A DNA stretch of 64,000 nt from NCBI GenBank assembly GCA_963719515.1, contig CAVRCJ010000010.1:640001-704000 (forward strand), given 5' to 3'. This stretch comes from an uncultured cyanobacterium. GTDB lineage: Bacteria > Cyanobacteriota > Cyanobacteriia > CAKZMO01. Under the pieces are notes generated by a model that worked only from the letters and a program-made list of their open reading frames with translations, made no database searches and had not been told where the DNA came from. Positions 59,739 to 64,000 of this stretch are shown piece by piece. A program made the translations under genes and the position numbers. Positions within the stretch are counted from its first letter, which is position 1; every line of letters begins with the position of its first letter.

Positions 59739-61042
59739 GAGTCCTCCGACAAATAAGTCATCCGTTAGCATGAGAGTGTAAGGCTCTACCCCAGTTTGTC
59801 ATGTCTGTTAATGCCCTGCCCCTGAGCGATTCACTCAAACAGCTATTCACTGAAACAGCGCAGGAGCTCAAAGGCAGCGCCAGGCGACAGTTCATGGCAA
59901 AGGTGGTGGAAGAGTATGGGGTAGGGGGACAGATGTGGGCAGAAGCGGAATTGGGATGGAATCGGGGCACGATACGCAAAGGGCAAAGAGAACTGATTCA
60001 TGGTCCGATACGAGACAAATTTGAGCAGCGGGGACGCAAGCCGGTAGAAGCACACCTTCCTACCCTCAGAGAAGATATTCGCGCCATTGTAGAGCCGCAA
60101 ACGCAAGCGGACCCGACGTTGAGGAGCGGGCGGGTGTATAGCCGCATGAGTGTAGCGGAAGTTAGGCGGCAGCTGATTGGCCAGAAGGGGTACCAAGACA
60201 AGGAGTTGCCGAGCGACGAGGTGATTCGGCAAAGGTTGAATGAGATGGGCTATGGGCTTAAGCGGGTGCAGAAGACCAAACCACAGAAGGTTATTGCCGA
60301 GACCGAGAATATTTTCAAACAGGTCAATCAGGTGAATCACGCAGCAGATAAGGACCCAACGAGTCTGCGCATTTCGATTGATGCCAAAACTGCGGTGAAG
60401 GTAGGTGAGTACGACCGGGGGGGGAAAAACACGGGTGGTGACCCATGCCAAAGACCATGACTTTCAGCCTGATGCTCAGCTAACGCCCGTTGGTATTCTT
60501 TTGCCCCATGAGCAAGAGCTATCGCTGTACTTCGTCGCCTCTCGGGTGACAGCAGATTGCATCGTTGACCTGCTAGAGCAGTGGTGGCACGGAGTGAAAG
60601 GCCGTTTCGCTCACATCGAGCGGTTAGTGATTAATGCCGACAACGGGCCGGAGAATCATTCTCGGCGCACCCAGTTCATGCATCGGCTGGTGCAGTTTGC
60701 TAGAGCCGAGCAAATCACCATTGAGCTGGCGTACTATCCGCCGTATCACAGCAAGTACAACCCAGTAGAGCGGAGCTTTGGTTGGCTAGAGCAGCACTGG
60801 CGAGGGGCATTGCTTGATAGCGTAGAGACGGTGCTAAAGTTTGCCCAGACGTTGCGTTTCAAGGGCAAGCACCCGGTGGTCAGCCTCGTGACCCAAACCT
60901 ACGAGACAGGCGTCAAGTTGACTCAGGCAGCGATGGCGGAATTGGAAAAGGGTATCAAGCGCTTACCGGGATTGGAAAAGTGGTTCGTTGAGATTCCGCC
61001 ATATGCTGATTGTGAAGGGACGATCTTTTAGATGGAGTACTC
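59739..61042 (+). mobile_element. ISAzo13-family insertion sequence with TAA target duplication
   Basis: Imperfect IRs GAGTCCTCCGACAAAT / (reverse complement) GAGTACTCCATCTAAA; TAA at 59736-59738 and 61043-61045. Confidence 0.88.
59801..61031 (+). pseudogene. ISAzo13 DDE transposase split by a frameshift in a G8A5 tract
   Basis: RISIDAK, INADNGPEN and YYPPYHSKYNPVER lie across two frames joined at 60417-60429. Confidence 0.85.
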
Positions 61043-61073
61043 TAAGCTAATTTTTTTTTGGCTTAACCGTGGC

Positions 61074-61721
61074 TCAAACAATGTCCAGCTGTCTGGATAG
61101 GTAGAAATGGGTGTAGGCAATCATCTCCCCCAAAACCACGCGGACGCCGCTGCTGGTGCGCCACCAGCAAGCCGGCTCGTACTCCTGGGGCACAGCAGCA
61201 AGAACGCCAACCTGGACCTCAGGCGTGAGGGCAGCGCGGCACAGTTCCCAAGTTCGGCGGGCGTGTGGCCCTAGAGAATAGAGGTTGACCGTCTGGAGGG
61301 CAACGTCAGCGTCCTGGAGCCCTTGACGGAGAGCGATCGCTAGAGACGCCGTGCGCCGCACCGCAATTGCGCTATGGGGTAAAGCAATAACCCTGTTGGG
61401 ATCAACGCCCAGAGCCACCAGCGTTGCCGCCGAAAGGTCGGCAAAGGTCTGGTGGGCAACCAGATAGCTGCCGTGCCGGATGGGAGGCCCCGTCGTAATA
61501 ATCAGCTGGTAGCTGCCCCGGCGAAATTCAGCAGCGGCGGCGGCGATCGCGTAGTCTGGCATCCAGCCTTCTATCACCAGAGCATCGGCGTCAGGAATGG
61601 GCCGATTGGGGGCAAGAAAGGGATAGACATCGGCCCAGACGACAACGGCGGCGGCAATCGCGCAAGCGACCATAGCCAAAGAATACTGAAGCGCGTGCCA
61701 AAGCCGCTGGAAATGCCGCAT
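61074..61721 (-). CDS. YdcF/DUF218 (ElyC/SanA-like) family protein
   Basis: LVIEGWMPD, IITTG, HARR, WWRTSSG..E. Confidence 0.8.
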   Translation of the reverse strand: MRHFQRLWHALQYSLAMVACAIAAAVVVWADVYPFLAPNRPIPDADALVIEGWMPDYAIAAAAAEFRRGSYQLIITTGPPIRHGSYLVAHQTFADLSAATLVALGVDPNRVIALPHSAIAVRRTASLAIALRQGLQDADVALQTVNLYSLGPHARRTWELCRAALTPEVQVGVLAAVPQEYEPACWWRTSSGVRVVLGEMIAYTHFYLSRQLDIV

Positions 61722-61813
61722 AGCGTTAACTCAAAACAACCACTGTCTTAGCATTACACTGGTATATATGGCGATACCAAATCGCCCGCGAATGCTGTGT
61801 TAGAGGAGGAGAT

Positions 61814-62509
61814 ATGGCGGGAGGACAGCTGCTGCTGGTGGACGACGAGCCCGGACTGCGCGAAGCGGTGCAGGCCTACTTAGAAGACAGTGGATTTGCG
61901 GTGCAGGTGGCCAGCAACGCCACGGATGGTTGGGAGAAGCTGCAGCAGTTTTTGCCCGACCTAGTGATCACCGATATCATGATGCCCAAGGTCAACGGCT
62001 ACGAGTTTTTGAAGCAGATGCGGGCGGACGATCGCCTCAAAACGCTTCCCGTAGTGTTCCTCACCGCCCGAGGCATGACTAGCGATCGCATTCAGGGCTA
62101 CCAAGCGGGCTGTGATGCCTATATCTCCAAGCCTTTCGACCCCGACGAGCTGGTGGCCGTCGTAGAAGGCCTCTTAGATCGGCGGGCAGCCGTGCGCACA
62201 GAAGTCTCTAGCGGTGAGAACCCCGACATTGCCGAGATGGCCCGTCAGATCGCGGAAATCCGCGCCATGCTGGGGCAGCGAGGTAGCGCGATTCAGACCA
62301 CCAGCTCTGTTGATATCGACTTCACCCCCCGCGAGAAGAGCGTTCTAGATTTGGTGGCAGAAGGGCTGATGAACAAAGAAATCGCTCGCCGGTTGGAGAC
62401 GAGCGTGCGCAACGTGGAGAAATACGTCAGCCGCCTATTTAGCAAGACGGGAACCAACAGCCGCACCGAGCTGGTGCGCTATGCCCTAGAAAACGGACTG
62501 ACGAAGTAG
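61814..62509 (+). CDS. ycf29: NarL/LuxR response regulator (Ycf29/Rre1-like)
   Basis: Receiver plus EGLMNKEIARRLETSVRNVEKYVSRLFSKTGTNSRTELVRYA. Confidence 0.85.
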   Translation: MAGGQLLLVDDEPGLREAVQAYLEDSGFAVQVASNATDGWEKLQQFLPDLVITDIMMPKVNGYEFLKQMRADDRLKTLPVVFLTARGMTSDRIQGYQAGCDAYISKPFDPDELVAVVEGLLDRRAAVRTEVSSGENPDIAEMARQIAEIRAMLGQRGSAIQTTSSVDIDFTPREKSVLDLVAEGLMNKEIARRLETSVRNVEKYVSRLFSKTGTNSRTELVRYALENGLTK

Positions 62510-62519
62510 GGACTTTGCC

Positions 62520-63338
62520 CTAAGGCGTCAGCGTCACAATCATCTCGTCGATATAGGGATTGAGCGCCTCTAGGCCGCCGTTGGCAGAAGAATACTGCGA
62601 GTCTCCCGATAGCGCCTGATAGGGCTGAGAGGAGTCGATCGCCATGCGCAGGATTAGATCGCCGTCGTACTGAGCGAGTCGACTACTGTCCAACAGCACC
62701 GTACCGCCGTAGTCCCAGCCGAAGCCGTAGAACTCAAACTCGCCCGCCACCTGCTCGAACTCACTCAGAGGCATGCCGACGTAAACGCCCTCGGAAGTCC
62801 GCCACGCTGGCCCTAGGTCACGGACTTCCCGGACGCCAGATTGAGTCGCGTCAGTCCAGATGAGGCTGAGCGTCAGTCCATCGTCCAAGGCAATCTCGAC
62901 CCCCGGTTCGGTGAAGCCTTCACCGACCGGCACGGTGATATCGATGAGCTGCTGCTCCCCGAACAGAGCGGCTAAATCCTGGCGCGTGGTGCTGCGGGTG
63001 ATGGGGCCGACCCGCTCCCCTGGAATGACGGTGGTATCGTATCCCGCTTGGGGCGGCGCTTGGGGTGACTGTGTCTGAGACGGTGAGCGCTGCGGGGTTT
63101 GAGCCTGCTGCGCCGACCTTTGGGTCTCGGGCTGTGGTTCGGTCGGAGAAGACGCGACTGGCTGCTCGGTGGAATTCACCCCGGTGGGCTCCTCAAGCGA
63201 GGCAGAACCTGGCTCAGTAGAGGCGGCGTCAATTGTATTAGAGTGGTTGTCTGACGTCAGCGCCAGCAGGGTACCGCCCCCGGCTGCAAGTAAAAGCACC
63301 AAGGACAGTAGGGGAATGAATGGCCGTTTAGTTGTCAT
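62520..63338 (-). CDS. Hypothetical membrane-anchored periplasmic protein
   Basis: N-terminal TM, P/Q/S-rich linker, GFGWDYGG domain. Confidence 0.8.
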   Translation of the reverse strand: MTTKRPFIPLLSLVLLLAAGGGTLLALTSDNHSNTIDAASTEPGSASLEEPTGVNSTEQPVASSPTEPQPETQRSAQQAQTPQRSPSQTQSPQAPPQAGYDTTVIPGERVGPITRSTTRQDLAALFGEQQLIDITVPVGEGFTEPGVEIALDDGLTLSLIWTDATQSGVREVRDLGPAWRTSEGVYVGMPLSEFEQVAGEFEFYGFGWDYGGTVLLDSSRLAQYDGDLILRMAIDSSQPYQALSGDSQYSSANGGLEALNPYIDEMIVTLTP

Positions 63339-63632
63339 AAATGCACGCTCCTGTAAGCGCTGTAACCGGGCCTCAGGATTGTCTGAAGCGCGGTGTAAAC
63401 CGACCTGAGACCGAAGCTTGAACATGATTGTACTTTAGCCTTTCGGGCCGGGTGAGCAGGGCGATCGCCTTGACACTTTCCGCTTTGACACGCTAGCGCA
63501 ACCTGCCCAGCTGCCTCAAGCGGCGGTTGCATAACACAATATGACACATCTTTCGGTCCACCCATTGAACCGTCATTTGGCACGTATGATGGAAATCGTG
63601 TGCTCTGCAGCGAAAAATTAAGGACGCCTGTG

Positions 63633-64000
63633 ATGGATCAGCCCCAAGCAACGCAAAATATTGTTGACACCCATATCGAATCCTACGAGCGGCTGCTCTC
63701 CCCCAAGGAACTGATGGCCCAGATGCCCCTCAGCCCAAAGGCTATGGAGACGGTCATCAAAGGGCGAGAGGCGATCGCCAACATCATCGATGGCCACGAC
63801 TCGCGCCAGTTTGTTGTTGTGGGTCCCTGCTCCATTCACGATCTAGACGTAGCCTTCGACTACGCCCGCCGCCTCAAGGCCCTCTCAGAGAAGGTGAGCG
63901 ATCGCCTGCTGCTGGTGATGCGGGTGTACTTTGAGAAACCGCGCACCACCGTCGGCTGGAAAGGCTTGATCAACGACCCGCTGCTTGACGGCTCCTTTCA
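63633..64000 (+). CDS. Class I DAHP synthase (AroF/G/H type), partial
   Basis: Not in ORF track. Manual translation ...VVVGPCSIHD...VMRVYFEKPRTTVGWKGLINDP. Confidence 0.93.
   Translation, partial: MDQPQATQNIVDTHIESYERLLSPKELMAQMPLSPKAMETVIKGREAIANIIDGHDSRQFVVVGPCSIHDLDVAFDYARRLKALSEKVSDRLLLVMRVYFEKPRTTVGWKGLINDPLLDGSF

Overview
Chromosomal window from a cyanobacterium. The HIP1 octamer GCGATCGC is abundant, and the fbp-zwf-opcA cluster, SLH-OprB porin and moderately high GC suggest a Leptolyngbya/Nodosilinea-like filamentous strain (inference). Core genes include mgtE, an RND efflux pair, gmd, priA, pyrF, fbp-zwf-opcA, a porin, rrf2-cysK, a ycf29-like regulator and a partial DAHP synthase. 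Mobile DNA comprises three TnpB (IS200/IS605) elements or remnants, one ISAzo13 and an ISAs1 remnant; there are also many deletion-type pseudogenes and a probable 6S RNA. Best candidates for new biology: (1) an orphan four-gene operon (30235-34096) with two membrane proteins, a membrane-anchored FtsK/HerA/VirB4-like P-loop ATPase and a lysozyme-like + M23 wall hydrolase, with no relaxase, integrase or phage genes nearby; (2) a structured leader (about 39141-39320) whose hairpin loop could open an RBS-sequestering stem; (3) a cryptochrome-like protein with a plant-CRY-type Asp and a C-terminal clamp-binding-like motif; (4) a protease-LuxR chimera fused exactly at a HIP1 site; (5) a cfa-desaturase operon; (6) a LeuB-like pseudo-enzyme. 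All family calls come from motif recognition by eye, with no database searches.
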